A stretch of 64,000 nucleotides of DNA from Verrucomicrobiota bacterium. Lineage in GTDB: Bacteria > Verrucomicrobiota > Verrucomicrobiia > Opitutales > UBA953. The notes under the pieces are model-generated. The model did no database searches, was not told where the DNA came from, and worked only from the letters and a program-made list of their open reading frames with translations. This document shows positions 11,162-20,646 of the stretch, piece after piece. Each line of letters begins with the position of its first letter. The first letter of the stretch is position 1. Both the position numbers and the translations under genes were made by a program. The stretch covers positions 11,157 through 75,156 of the forward strand of contig JAURLX010000003.1 in assembly GCA_030830965.1 (NCBI GenBank), in the 5' to 3' direction.

Positions 11162-12201
11162 GCCGAGCGCAGCCGGCGCAGCTGCTCCCGGAGAGCGCCG
11201 CCAAGGACGATCTGCCGGGCCGCCTCCGCTCCCGCTCCCGGGTCGGAGGCGCGGCCCGCGACCCAAAGCGCGGCCCCCGCGCTGAGGCAGACCGTGTCGA
11301 GCAGCCCCTCGGGCACGGCTCCGACGAGCAGGTCCGACATCATGGCAAGATTCTGCTCGGGCGTCCCCCCGCGCAGGTCCGACGGGGCACAGGCCTTCAG
11401 ACCGAAGTCCCCGGGGAGCCAGACGGCGTCGACGGAGGCGAGCTCGCCGCAACCGCGCACGCGGGCCTCCCCGGCCGTCGTGAGTTCATCCATGCCGCCG
11501 CCGGCGCGGGAATGTACGACGACGCCACGACGGACGCCGAGCCCGTGGAGCGCCTGCGCGACGGGCTCGACCCAACGCTCGTCGTAGACGCCGACCAGCA
11601 TGTGGGCGGGCGAGGCGGGGTTCACGAGCGGACCGAGGACGTTGAAGATCGTCTTCACGCCCTTCTCGGCGAGCGCCCGCCGCACCGGCCCGACGGCCTT
11701 GAAGGCGGGATGGAAGGCCGGCGCGAAGAGGTAACAGAACCCGGCGGCCTCGACCGCGCGGCGCAGCGAGGCGTCGTCGGCTTCGAGCCGCACGCCGAGC
11801 CCGGCCAGGAAGTCGGCGCTACCAGACTGGGAGGTGATGGATCGGTTGCCGTGTTTGAGCACGGGCACGCCCGCGGCAGCCACGATCAGCGCGCTGGCCG
11901 AGGAAATGTTGAAGCTGCCGGAGCGGTCGCCGCCGGTGCCCACGATGTCGATCGCCCGGCCGGGCACCTCGCCTAAATCGGGCCGGCGGCAGACCCCACG
12001 GTAGGCGGAGGCGAAGCCCAGTACCTCCTCCGCCGTCTCGCCTTTGGCGGCCAGCGCCAGCAGGAAGGCCTCCCGGGTGACATCCGACTCGGACTCCGCG
12101 ACAAGGGCTGCGGCTGCCCCGGCCGCCTGCTCGCGAGTGAGACCCCGGCCTGCCGCCACGACGGCGGTGAGCTGGACAAGCGCGGAATCCATGCGAGCCA
12201 T
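11149..12201 (-). CDS. trpD: Anthranilate phosphoribosyltransferase
   Basis: GTGGDRSGSFNISSASALIVAAAGVPVLKHGNRSITSQSGSADFL motif. 350 aa. The 3' end overlaps the waaA 3' end by 13 nt. Confidence 0.95.
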   Translation of the reverse strand: MARMDSALVQLTAVVAAGRGLTREQAAGAAAALVAESESDVTREAFLLALAAKGETAEEVLGFASAYRGVCRRPDLGEVPGRAIDIVGTGGDRSGSFNISSASALIVAAAGVPVLKHGNRSITSQSGSADFLAGLGVRLEADDASLRRAVEAAGFCYLFAPAFHPAFKAVGPVRRALAEKGVKTIFNVLGPLVNPASPAHMLVGVYDERWVEPVAQALHGLGVRRGVVVHSRAGGGMDELTTAGEARVRGCGELASVDAVWLPGDFGLKACAPSDLRGGTPEQNLAMMSDLLVGAVPEGLLDTVCLSAGAALWVAGRASDPGAGAEAARQIVLGGALREQLRRLRSAYEA

Positions 12202-12279
12202 TACCGCCCGTCCAAGCGGGGCGACAAGGCAATTTAAGGCCGCAGCAGGGTTGCAAAAGCGCCGGAATCGCCATCATCC

Positions 12280-12933
12280 ATGTCCATGCGAGACGGCGAC
12301 CAGCCACAGGGCGACCCCGAGGGCTCGGGCAACGCCCCCTGGAATGAATCCGACTGGTCGGGCTATCTCCGCGGCAACGACCTCGAGGTCGGCCGTTTCC
12401 TCTCCTACTATCACGAGGTCCGCAAGCTTCCGGACCGGCTGGACCTGAGCGCCCGCCGCATGGGCTGGGAGAACGCCGACTGGGCCCCGTCCGAAGGGCT
12501 CGTCGAGGACGCGCCCGATGACTCCGAGCCCTCCGAGCTCCCCTACTGCATCCATCAGCACCCGGTCTATGTCGTCTCCCGCGCGCTGGGCATGGAGCTC
12601 GCCGGTACCTTCCGGACGTTCTGCGAGAAAGCCGGCCATGCGATGACGCCCCGCCAGGCCGGCGACATCATGCATGCCTTCTGCGAGGCGCAGCATGAGA
12701 TGGTCATGGCCGTCAACGCGACGGACACCGGCGATCCCGCGCTCGCCCTCGTGCACATGAAGCGCGCGCTGGTCGCGATCAACCAGGCAATCGGGCTCGT
12801 GTCTGCGATCGCGTCCGACGCGAGGATGTCGGCCGCCGAGGAGGCCGAGACGATTGAGAGCGTGCTCTTCGACCTGCGGGAGGTGTGCCTCCGCGTGATG
12901 GCCGACTGCCGCTGGGAAAACCGCGGCCGCTGA
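12280..12933 (+). CDS. Hypothetical protein (acidic N-terminus, helical C-terminal half)
   Basis: ATG confirmed at 12280. 217 aa with GC3-rich codons and no competing ORF with a recognisable product. I recognise no family. Confidence 0.6.
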   Translation: MSMRDGDQPQGDPEGSGNAPWNESDWSGYLRGNDLEVGRFLSYYHEVRKLPDRLDLSARRMGWENADWAPSEGLVEDAPDDSEPSELPYCIHQHPVYVVSRALGMELAGTFRTFCEKAGHAMTPRQAGDIMHAFCEAQHEMVMAVNATDTGDPALALVHMKRALVAINQAIGLVSAIASDARMSAAEEAETIESVLFDLREVCLRVMADCRWENRGR

Positions 12934-12936
12934 GCC

Positions 12937-13905
12937 TCAGGCCTGCTTCTGGTCGGCGAGGTGCCGGATCAGCCGCTCGCTGAACTCCTGGGCCGAGTCA
13001 TGCCCCATACTGCGGAGAGCCTGCACCATGGCGGCGACCTCAACCAGACGGGCCATGTCCCGGCCGGGACGGACCGGGATCGTCATGTGGGGCACCTTGC
13101 GCCCGAGGATCTCGTGGGTGTCGTGCTCGAGACCGGAACGCTCCTCGTCCATGCCCGGCTGCCAGAGGACGAAGGAAACGACGAGGTCGATGCGCTTTTC
13201 GCGCCGCACCGAACGCACGCCGAACATGGAGGCGACGTTGATGATGCCGATGCCCCGGCACTCCATGTATCCGCGGTTGAGCTCCTTGGACATGCCCTGC
13301 AGCTCCCGGTCGCCGACCAGGGTGACGACAACATAGTCGTCCGCCACCAGCGAATGACCCCTTTCGATGAGAGCCAGGGCGCATTCGCTCTTGCCCACGC
13401 CGGAGGGGCCGCGCAGGAGCACGCCCACGCCGCGGATGTCCACGAGCGTGGCGTGAAGGTTGGTGCGCGGGGCGAACTTCTCCTCGAGCAGCACGGTGGC
13501 CTCGGCCGAAAAGTCCTTGGACTTCAGCTGGGTGCGGATCAACGGGATGCGGTGACGGTCGGCCAGACGGAGCAGCACCTCGTCCACGTCGAGCCCGCGG
13601 GACACCACCACGGCCGGGATGCCCTTCGCGAAGACCGCCTCGAGCAGACGCTCCCGGTCCGGCTTGGTCTGGTCGCCGAGGTAGGCCATCTCGCCGGCGC
13701 CGAAAAGCTGCAGGCGACGGAAGGCGAACTCCTTGAAATAGCCGGTCACGGCGAGGGCCGGGCGGTTCAGCGACTTCTCGCTGATCATGTTGTCGAGCCC
13801 TTCGGCCCCGGCCAGCAGCTCCATCTGCAGCATCTCACGGAAGGAGTCGAAGAACTCCCTCACGGAGACGGATTCCGGACGGGTGTCTGGCGCGGGGTCG
13901 GACAT
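12937..13905 (-). CDS. hprK: HPr kinase/phosphorylase
   Basis: P-loop [30 protein letters not shown] and [16 protein letters not shown]. 322 aa. Confidence 0.9.
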   Translation of the reverse strand: MSDPAPDTRPESVSVREFFDSFREMLQMELLAGAEGLDNMISEKSLNRPALAVTGYFKEFAFRRLQLFGAGEMAYLGDQTKPDRERLLEAVFAKGIPAVVVSRGLDVDEVLLRLADRHRIPLIRTQLKSKDFSAEATVLLEEKFAPRTNLHATLVDIRGVGVLLRGPSGVGKSECALALIERGHSLVADDYVVVTLVGDRELQGMSKELNRGYMECRGIGIINVASMFGVRSVRREKRIDLVVSFVLWQPGMDEERSGLEHDTHEILGRKVPHMTIPVRPGRDMARLVEVAAMVQALRSMGHDSAQEFSERLIRHLADQKQA

Positions 13906-13910
13906 GGCTT

Positions 13911-14651
13911 TCAGATCTTGAAACCTTCGCCGAGGTAGTGACGGCGACTCTCGGGATTGTTCACGATTTCCGAAGGAGAGCCAGAAACAAGCACGCGACC
14001 CTGGTGGATCAGGTAGGCCCTGTCCACGATGGAGAGGGTCTCCCGCACGTTGTGGTCGGTGATGAGGACCCCGATGCCCCGTTGCTTGAGCCGACGGACG
14101 ATGGCCTGGACTTCGGCCACGGAGATGGGGTCGACGCCGCTGAAGGGCTCGTCCATCAGCAGGAAACGCGGGGAAGTGGCCAGCGCGCGGGCGATCTCGA
14201 GCCGGCGACGCTCCCCGCCGGACAGGGTGAACGCCTTCTGGCGGGCGAGTCGTTCAAGGCCTAGGTCCTCCAGCTGCCGCTGGACCCGCTCCGAGCGTTC
14301 GGGGGCCGCCAACCCGAGGGTCTCGACCACGGCCATGACGTTCTCCCAGACGGTGAGCTTGCGGAAGACGGACGCCTCCTGGGGCAGGTAGCCGAGGCCG
14401 GCACGCGCGCGCCGCCACATGGGAAGGGTCGTGACGTCGACGCCATCCATCCGGACGCGCCCGCTCGAAGGAGGAACCAGCCCGACGACCATGTAGAAGG
14501 TGGTGGTCTTGCCGGCGCCGTTGGGTCCGAGAAGACCCACGATCTCGCCGCTCCTCAGGGCGAGGCTTACGTCAAAGACGGCGGACTTGTCGCCGTAGCG
14601 CTTGGCCAGCGCGTCGACCCGGACCAGGCCCTTCTCACTGCTGTCGGCCAT
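13911..14651 (-). CDS. lptB: LPS export ABC transporter ATP-binding protein
   Basis: Walker [12 protein letters not shown], signature [15 protein letters not shown] and Walker [14 protein letters not shown]. 246 aa. Lies immediately downstream of an OstA/LptA-like gene. Confidence 0.9.
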   Translation of the reverse strand: MADSSEKGLVRVDALAKRYGDKSAVFDVSLALRSGEIVGLLGPNGAGKTTTFYMVVGLVPPSSGRVRMDGVDVTTLPMWRRARAGLGYLPQEASVFRKLTVWENVMAVVETLGLAAPERSERVQRQLEDLGLERLARQKAFTLSGGERRRLEIARALATSPRFLLMDEPFSGVDPISVAEVQAIVRRLKQRGIGVLITDHNVRETLSIVDRAYLIHQGRVLVSGSPSEIVNNPESRRHYLGEGFKI

Positions 14652-14666
14652 GCAAGGAGGAGGAGT

Positions 14667-16781
14667 TCATCGACCAGGATTGTCGAGGTTTTTGACTTCG
14701 GGCAGGGTGAAGTCACGGCCGAGGTAGATTCGTGGCCGAATCACCTGACCGGGCACACGCTCATCCTTGGAGCTAGGCATGCGCCACGCGCGCTGGCGCA
14801 TGTCGTAGACTAGCTCACGGGCGGGAAGCCCCAGTGTGCCGTCCTTGGCCAGGATGGAGGCTTCGCCTGTGAGCCTCGCCTCGGCCGCGGCAGGCGACAC
14901 CTCCAGGGTGCGGCCGGTGGCGCGGGTACCCGCCCCGTCAACGACCACGCCACCGCGGCCGATCACCTGCTTGGCCTCGAGCCGACCAGCCCGGCCGGGC
15001 TCGGCCAGCCCTTCGAGCAGGTCGCAGGTGGCCCGGGTGTCCCCCGAGACCATCCGGACAGAACCGCGTAGGAAGAACTTGGTCAGCCGCGGCGTGTAGA
15101 GCACCTCGTGCGAATCCGCCGTGAAGGTGGAGTCCTGACCGTCGGACAGGACAAGATGCAGGCGCGGCCGTGTATCCGCCGCCCCGCCAGAGAGGGTGAG
15201 CAGCCGCGGACGTCCGCGGATGGCGTCTGCGGAGACGATCTCTTCGACCTGGACCGCGAGCACCAGGTCGACGCGCTCGGCTTCGGCCCGGAGGCCGGGC
15301 TGGACGTAATTCACGTTTCCGACGGCGATGAGCTTCGAGAGCTCATACGCCCTCGACGCCCCCTTGGCGCTCGCCTTCGCCTCCGCCGGTACGGCGAAGG
15401 CGACGAACTTGTCCGACTCGATCGCCATGCCGTCGCCAGAGTAACGCACCTGGCCGAGCATCTCCATCTGAAGGGCGCCGTCCTCGTCCTGGACGACGAT
15501 CTGGTCGGCCTCGCCCGACCCTGGCAGCGAGCCCTCGGTGGCGGACGGAACGGTGACGCGGGCGCGGATCCCGGGCGCGCCACGCACCTCAAAGCGGCTC
15601 CTGACCATGTCGGCGCGGATGGAGCCGCCGGTCGCGTTGAACCCGCGGGGATCGGAGACCCGGCATGAGGAGCCCTGCAGGTCGAGCCGGCGCAGGGCGC
15701 GGTTCCAGACGGCCTTCGCCCCCTGCACCTTGCGGCCCTCGACCTGCCCGGCAACGGACCCTTCGGCGGTGACCAGTCCGGACCCGTCGACGGTGTCGGT
15801 GGCGTTGATGGATTCGGCCGTGAGATCGGCGCCGGACGTGACATAGGCGGCCCGACCGCGCACGTCGACGACGGCGAGCGACTGCCCGGGCCGGCGGAGG
15901 TAAGTGACCAAGTCACCGGTCAGTTCGGCCGGTCCTTGGTCCTTTCCATTCATCTTGATGTGGACAGGCGCGTCCGCCCCTCGGGCCAAGGACGTCCTAC
16001 CCGTGGCGGACTCATGCCTCAACGACTGAGCGCGTCCGGCGAAGCCCGGCTCGTCGAAGCGGACGCCTCCGCCCATCTCCAGCACATCTTCGGCCAGGTC
16101 GAACCGCGCGGTCTCGCCATGCAGGGTCTGCGCACCCGCGACGCGGACGACCTCGCCTTCCGCGTCGATCAGGCGGCAGCGGGCGCCGCCCCCGGGCGAA
16201 TCCTCGAGCAGACAGACCACCTTGCGGCACTCGATACGTTCGCCCCGCCTGGACATCACGACGCCGCCGTGGAAAATGAACGTCGTGCCGCCTGACGCAG
16301 GCGCCGCGTCCATGCCCTTCGCCGAGACCGTCCAGCGCCGGTCGACGGGCTTGTCCACTTCGAGCTGCGCGCGAACCTCGGCGGCGATGGAGAAGACGTC
16401 GCCCTTGGGCGTGGACTTCCACTTCCAGCCCTTGCCGCTCAGGCTGAAGGCGGCCGAGGACGCGTCCAGCGAGCCGTCCCCCGCTGCGGAACGGTCGGCC
16501 GGATCGAGCGTGCCCGCCGGGCTGCGGAAGGACACCGACGGCCGGCCGTCGCGGAAGGAGCGGAACTCGAGCTGGTCCATCTGCCAGCGTCCGCCTTCGA
16601 CGGGCTTCGAACGTCCGCGGGCCGACGCTTCCCAGACCTTCTCCGCGCGCGCATCCTCGCTGAAGCCGGAGAACGTGCCCCCCGTCACCTGACGGAAAGA
16701 TATCCTGCCTTGCCCCTCGGCGGGCGCCGGCTGGCCCAAGACGACGGCCGCCGTAAGCGTCGCAAGGAGGAGCAAGCGCAT
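14667..16781 (-). CDS. Large periplasmic protein with multiple OstA/LptA-like repeats (putative LptA/LptC-type LPS bridge protein)
   Basis: Signal peptide MRLLLLATLTAAVVLGQPAPAEG. At least seven recurrences of the beta-jellyroll-type pattern G-x-V-x-(4-8)-partner strand, for example FHGGVVMSRRGERIECRKVV, LEMGGGVRFDEPGFAGRAQSL, LGQVRYSGDGMAIESDKF, AVGNVNYVQPGLRAEAERV, LRGSVRMVSGDTRATCDLL and GRGGVVVDGAGTRATGRTLEV. Its position directly upstream of lptB supports the call. The function is inferred. Confidence 0.5.
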   Translation of the reverse strand: MRLLLLATLTAAVVLGQPAPAEGQGRISFRQVTGGTFSGFSEDARAEKVWEASARGRSKPVEGGRWQMDQLEFRSFRDGRPSVSFRSPAGTLDPADRSAAGDGSLDASSAAFSLSGKGWKWKSTPKGDVFSIAAEVRAQLEVDKPVDRRWTVSAKGMDAAPASGGTTFIFHGGVVMSRRGERIECRKVVCLLEDSPGGGARCRLIDAEGEVVRVAGAQTLHGETARFDLAEDVLEMGGGVRFDEPGFAGRAQSLRHESATGRTSLARGADAPVHIKMNGKDQGPAELTGDLVTYLRRPGQSLAVVDVRGRAAYVTSGADLTAESINATDTVDGSGLVTAEGSVAGQVEGRKVQGAKAVWNRALRRLDLQGSSCRVSDPRGFNATGGSIRADMVRSRFEVRGAPGIRARVTVPSATEGSLPGSGEADQIVVQDEDGALQMEMLGQVRYSGDGMAIESDKFVAFAVPAEAKASAKGASRAYELSKLIAVGNVNYVQPGLRAEAERVDLVLAVQVEEIVSADAIRGRPRLLTLSGGAADTRPRLHLVLSDGQDSTFTADSHEVLYTPRLTKFFLRGSVRMVSGDTRATCDLLEGLAEPGRAGRLEAKQVIGRGGVVVDGAGTRATGRTLEVSPAAAEARLTGEASILAKDGTLGLPARELVYDMRQRAWRMPSSKDERVPGQVIRPRIYLGRDFTLPEVKNLDNPGR

Positions 16782-16819
16782 GCCCTATGAAATCGGACGC
16801 GGACTCCGAAATCAAGGGC

Positions 16820-17806
16820 TTACGCCCCGCCGGGACGCGGGAACGGCGTCGGCGAGACCAGCGCCGGCATCGGCGCGGAGGCGATGACCTCGCCGACGTG
16901 CACGGGATGGCCAGAGAGGAATTCCGCCGCGGGAAGCATGCGGCCGCCCGCGCGCTGCATGCGGGTCACGAGCAGGGCGCCCTCGCCGCAGGCGATCAGC
17001 ACGCCCCGCCGGCCGGACTCGAGCACCGTACCCGGCGCGGTCGCGGCGGCGGACGCAGGCTCGGCCGCGCCCGCCTTGACGGTGACGCCGCGGTGGACGA
17101 ACGCGCTGCCCGGCCACCCCTCCAGGGCCCGGACGCGCCGCGACAGCTCCACGGCGGAGCTGTGGAAATCGAGTCCGGCATCGGCCTTGGTCAAGCGCCG
17201 GGAGTAGGTGACGGCGGTCTCGTCCTGCGGCGTGACGACGGATGCGCCCGCCAGCACGGTGGGCAAGGCGTCGCGGGCGAGCTCGCCGGCCAGCGCCCCG
17301 ATCCTGCGGCGCAGCCCGGCACGTGACTCCTCGTCCGAAGCCCGTAGCTTCGCGCGCGCATGGACCGGGCCGGCGTCCAGGCGGCGCACGATCTGTTGAA
17401 GCGTGACGCCCGTCTCCGAGAGCCCGAGCGCGATCGCGGACTCGACGGGCGTGGCGCCGCGCAGAGCGGGGAGCAGCGAACCGTGGAAATTGACCATGCC
17501 GCGGACGGTCGCGGCGAGGAAGTCATCCTTCAGCATCTGGCCGTAGGCCATGACGACGCCGAGCTCCGCCCCCATGCCGGCGAGCGCGACGGCGTCGGCC
17601 GATCCGAGGCGTTCCGGCTGGAGCAGCGTCAGCCCCTCCTCGCGGGCCCAGGCCGCGACGGCGTTCGGACGGACCTCCTGCCCGCGCCCCGAGGGGCGGT
17701 CAGGCTGCGAGTAGACGGCCGCCACCGTCACGCCCGGCAACGCGCGCACGGCCAGGAACGCGGGCAGGGCGATCTCGTCGGAGCCGAGCAGTACGACCTT
17801 TACCAT
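16820..17806 (-). CDS. fmt: Methionyl-tRNA formyltransferase
   Basis: MVKVVLLGSDEIALPAFLAV..., NFHGSLLPALRGATPVE (HxSLLPxxRG motif). 328 aa. Confidence 0.93.
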   Translation of the reverse strand: MVKVVLLGSDEIALPAFLAVRALPGVTVAAVYSQPDRPSGRGQEVRPNAVAAWAREEGLTLLQPERLGSADAVALAGMGAELGVVMAYGQMLKDDFLAATVRGMVNFHGSLLPALRGATPVESAIALGLSETGVTLQQIVRRLDAGPVHARAKLRASDEESRAGLRRRIGALAGELARDALPTVLAGASVVTPQDETAVTYSRRLTKADAGLDFHSSAVELSRRVRALEGWPGSAFVHRGVTVKAGAAEPASAAATAPGTVLESGRRGVLIACGEGALLVTRMQRAGGRMLPAAEFLSGHPVHVGEVIASAPMPALVSPTPFPRPGGA

Positions 17807-17809
17807 GGC

Positions 17810-19414
17810 TCATTTGCGGGCCTGACGCGCCGCGCGCCCTTTGAGCGAACGCGGCTTGTTCCAGCGCGAGTAGGATTTCTTGCGTCCGGCGGCGCGGGGC
17901 GGGCGCGACTTGCCCTGCCGCGGGCCCTTGCCGGCACGCTTGGCGGACGCCTTGGCGGCGGGCCTGGGAGCGGCGGGGACGTCGTCCGGACGCGTGCCCT
18001 GGGGCGCGAAATACTTGCGGCCTTGCTGCTTCGGCTTCCCCACCACGTCGAGGAAGACAGGGACGCCGGCGAGGTCGAACGACTCATGCACCCCCTTCAC
18101 CAGATAGCGCTGGTAGGAATCCTCCAGACGCTCCTCCGAATTGCAGAACAGCCGGAAACGGACCGGCCGCGCGGAGACCTGCGTGACGTAGTAGCACTTG
18201 AACCGCCGGCCGGAGACCATACGGGGCGGACGCTTCACCATCAGGTCCTGCACCAGGCGGTTGATCTTGCCGGTGGAGATGGCCGTGCCCGCGCGCAGGT
18301 AGACGCCTTCGGCGGCGTCGAGCAGGTCCTCGGTGCGGAGGCCCGTGCGGGCCGAGACGAAGAGCAGCGGCGGGTCGGGCAGGAAGAAGAGCTCGCGCCG
18401 CACGGCGGCCCGGAACCTGGCGCGGAACTCCTCCTCGTCCTCGTAGCCGTCGACCTGCTTGTCACGGAAGGCCTCCTTGGCGACATCCCACTTGTTGACG
18501 ACCACCACGATGCCGCAGCCCAGCAGGGCGAGCTCGCCCGCGAGCTGCTTGTCGATGCGCGTGACGCCGTCCCTGGCGTCCAGGACCAGGAACACCACGT
18601 CCGTCTCCGCGAGGATCTCCTCCGCGCGGGACTGGGAGAAGAAGTCGAGCGTGTCCTGCCTTGTGGCCGCCCGGCGCCCGGCGGTATCGACGAGCACGAA
18701 CCGCGTCTCGGAGCCGTCGGCCTTGGCCCGACGAAGACGGGCCCGGACGGGGTCGCGCGTGGTGCCCGCCACTTCGCTGACGATGAGCCTCCCCTCCCCG
18801 AGCAGCCGGTTGCCCAGCGAACTCTTACCGACGTTGGGCCGGCCCGCGAGGGCCAGCCGGACCGGGCGTCCGACCTCCGGCTGCGCGGCCGGGGGCGGAC
18901 CGAGCTCCTCGAGCACGCGGGCGCGCAGGGCCGGCATGCCCCGGCCGTGCTCGGCCGAGACCAGCAGCGGCTCGCCGTACCCGAGCACGAAGAACTCCGC
19001 CATGCGGGAGTCGCGCTCCTCCGTGTCGGCCTTGTTGGCCACCACGACGACGCGCTTGCCCGCCTCGCGAAGCCGCAGCGCCAACTCCAGGTCGAGCGGC
19101 GCGCATCCCTCGGAGGCGTCGACGACGAGGAGGACGAGCCGCGCGGCGGCGAGCGCGAAGTCGACCTGTTCCTCCACCGCCTCGGCCACGACCTTCGGCG
19201 TCAGCTCGGCGCGGAACAGGCCGATGCCGCCCGTGTCCATCAGCGTGTAGGCCCCGTCCGAAACCTCCGCGGTGATGAGGTCGCGGGTGACGCCCGGCAT
19301 ATCGTGCACGATGGAGATGCGCCGGCCGACCAGACGGTTGAAAAGCCGGCTCTTGCCCACGTTGGGCCGGCCGACGATGGCGACGGCACGGGCAAGCTCG
19401 GTGTTCCGTTCCAT
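17810..19414 (-). CDS. der: Ribosome-biogenesis GTPase Der (EngA) with a basic C-terminal tail
   Basis: Two G domains (VAIVGRPNVGKSRLFNRL and LALAGRPNVGKSSLGNRL) plus a KH-like domain, followed by a roughly 75-aa Lys/Arg/Pro/Ala-rich tail. Confidence 0.95.
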   Translation of the reverse strand: MERNTELARAVAIVGRPNVGKSRLFNRLVGRRISIVHDMPGVTRDLITAEVSDGAYTLMDTGGIGLFRAELTPKVVAEAVEEQVDFALAAARLVLLVVDASEGCAPLDLELALRLREAGKRVVVVANKADTEERDSRMAEFFVLGYGEPLLVSAEHGRGMPALRARVLEELGPPPAAQPEVGRPVRLALAGRPNVGKSSLGNRLLGEGRLIVSEVAGTTRDPVRARLRRAKADGSETRFVLVDTAGRRAATRQDTLDFFSQSRAEEILAETDVVFLVLDARDGVTRIDKQLAGELALLGCGIVVVVNKWDVAKEAFRDKQVDGYEDEEEFRARFRAAVRRELFFLPDPPLLFVSARTGLRTEDLLDAAEGVYLRAGTAISTGKINRLVQDLMVKRPPRMVSGRRFKCYYVTQVSARPVRFRLFCNSEERLEDSYQRYLVKGVHESFDLAGVPVFLDVVGKPKQQGRKYFAPQGTRPDDVPAAPRPAAKASAKRAGKGPRQGKSRPPRAAGRKKSYSRWNKPRSLKGRAARQARK

Positions 19415-19459
19415 GCGGACAGGGTCGGGGCGGCCCGCGGAGCTAGCAAGCCCGGACCC

Positions 19460-20635
19460 TCAGCCCCGGCGGACGTCGTCGAGGAAGCGGGCGATCCGCT
19501 CGCAGGCCTCGTGGATCCGCTCGTAGCTGGTCGAGAAAGAGGCGCGGCAGAACCCGGCGCCGGCTTCGCCGAAGGCCGTGCCGGGCACCACGGCAACCTT
19601 GCGTTCCTCGAGCAACCGGCGCGCGAACTCGAGCGAGTCGAGCCCGGTGCCGGCCACGCTCGGGAACGCATAGAACGCCCCGCGGGGCGAGTGGCAAGGC
19701 AGGCCGAGCTCGTTGAACCGCCGCACCACGAAGTCGCGGCGCTCGCGGTACTTGTCCCGCATATGCAGGACGGAATCCCTTCCGTTGCGCAGGGCCTCGA
19801 CGGCGGCCTCCTGGCTCACGATGGAGGCGCACATGATGCCGTACTGGTGCACCTTGAGCATGCCGTCGATGACGGCGGCGGGACCGCAGGCGTAGCCGAC
19901 GCGGAATCCGGTCATGGCGAAGGCCTTGGAGAAGCCGTGCAGGAAGACCGTGCGCTCGCGCATGCCCGGCAACGAAGCGATGGAGACGTGCTCCCCCTCG
20001 AAGGTGAGCTCGGAGTAGATCTCGTCGGAGGCCACGAGCAGGTCCTTCTCGACGGCGAAGCGGGCTATCTCGAGCAGCTTGGCCCGGTCGGCGGTGCCGC
20101 CCGTGGGGTTGGTCGGGAAATTCAGCACGAGCAGCTTGCAGCCGGGCTTCCAGGCGGCGCGGAGCGCGGCCGGGTCGAGCGCGAACTGGTCGGTGGCGGT
20201 CGTGCGCACCGGCACGGCCTCGGCGTGGCAGAGCGCGACGCTCGGCGCGTAGGACACATAGCAGGGCTCGTGGTAGAGCACCTTGTCGCCCGGGTTGAGG
20301 GTCGAACGCAAGAGGATGTCGAGCGCCTCGGAGACGCCGATCGTGACGAGGATCTCGTCGTCGGGCCGGTACTCAGGTCCGTAGTTCTGGGCCACGTAGC
20401 GCGAGATTTCCTCGCGCAGCTGGAGCGTGCCGCGGTTGTCGGTGTAGGAGGTGCGACCCTTCTCCAGGGCGTTCATCGCGGCCTCGCGGATGTGGAACGG
20501 AGTGACGAAGTCCGGCTCGCCGATGCCCAGGGACACCGCGTCCTTCATCTTCGACACGATGGCGAAGAAGTCGCGGATGCCGGACTTGGGCAGGGACGCG
20601 ACATGTCGCGCCACGAATCGGGCGGAATCGTCCAT
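19460..20635 (-). CDS. Class I/II PLP-dependent aminotransferase (aspartate/aromatic-type)
   Basis: 391 aa with the SKAFAMTGFRVGY pyridoxal-lysine motif and NPTGG. Confidence 0.85.
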   Translation of the reverse strand: MDDSARFVARHVASLPKSGIRDFFAIVSKMKDAVSLGIGEPDFVTPFHIREAAMNALEKGRTSYTDNRGTLQLREEISRYVAQNYGPEYRPDDEILVTIGVSEALDILLRSTLNPGDKVLYHEPCYVSYAPSVALCHAEAVPVRTTATDQFALDPAALRAAWKPGCKLLVLNFPTNPTGGTADRAKLLEIARFAVEKDLLVASDEIYSELTFEGEHVSIASLPGMRERTVFLHGFSKAFAMTGFRVGYACGPAAVIDGMLKVHQYGIMCASIVSQEAAVEALRNGRDSVLHMRDKYRERRDFVVRRFNELGLPCHSPRGAFYAFPSVAGTGLDSLEFARRLLEERKVAVVPGTAFGEAGAGFCRASFSTSYERIHEACERIARFLDDVRRG

Positions 20636-20646
20636 CGGGGCCGGAC

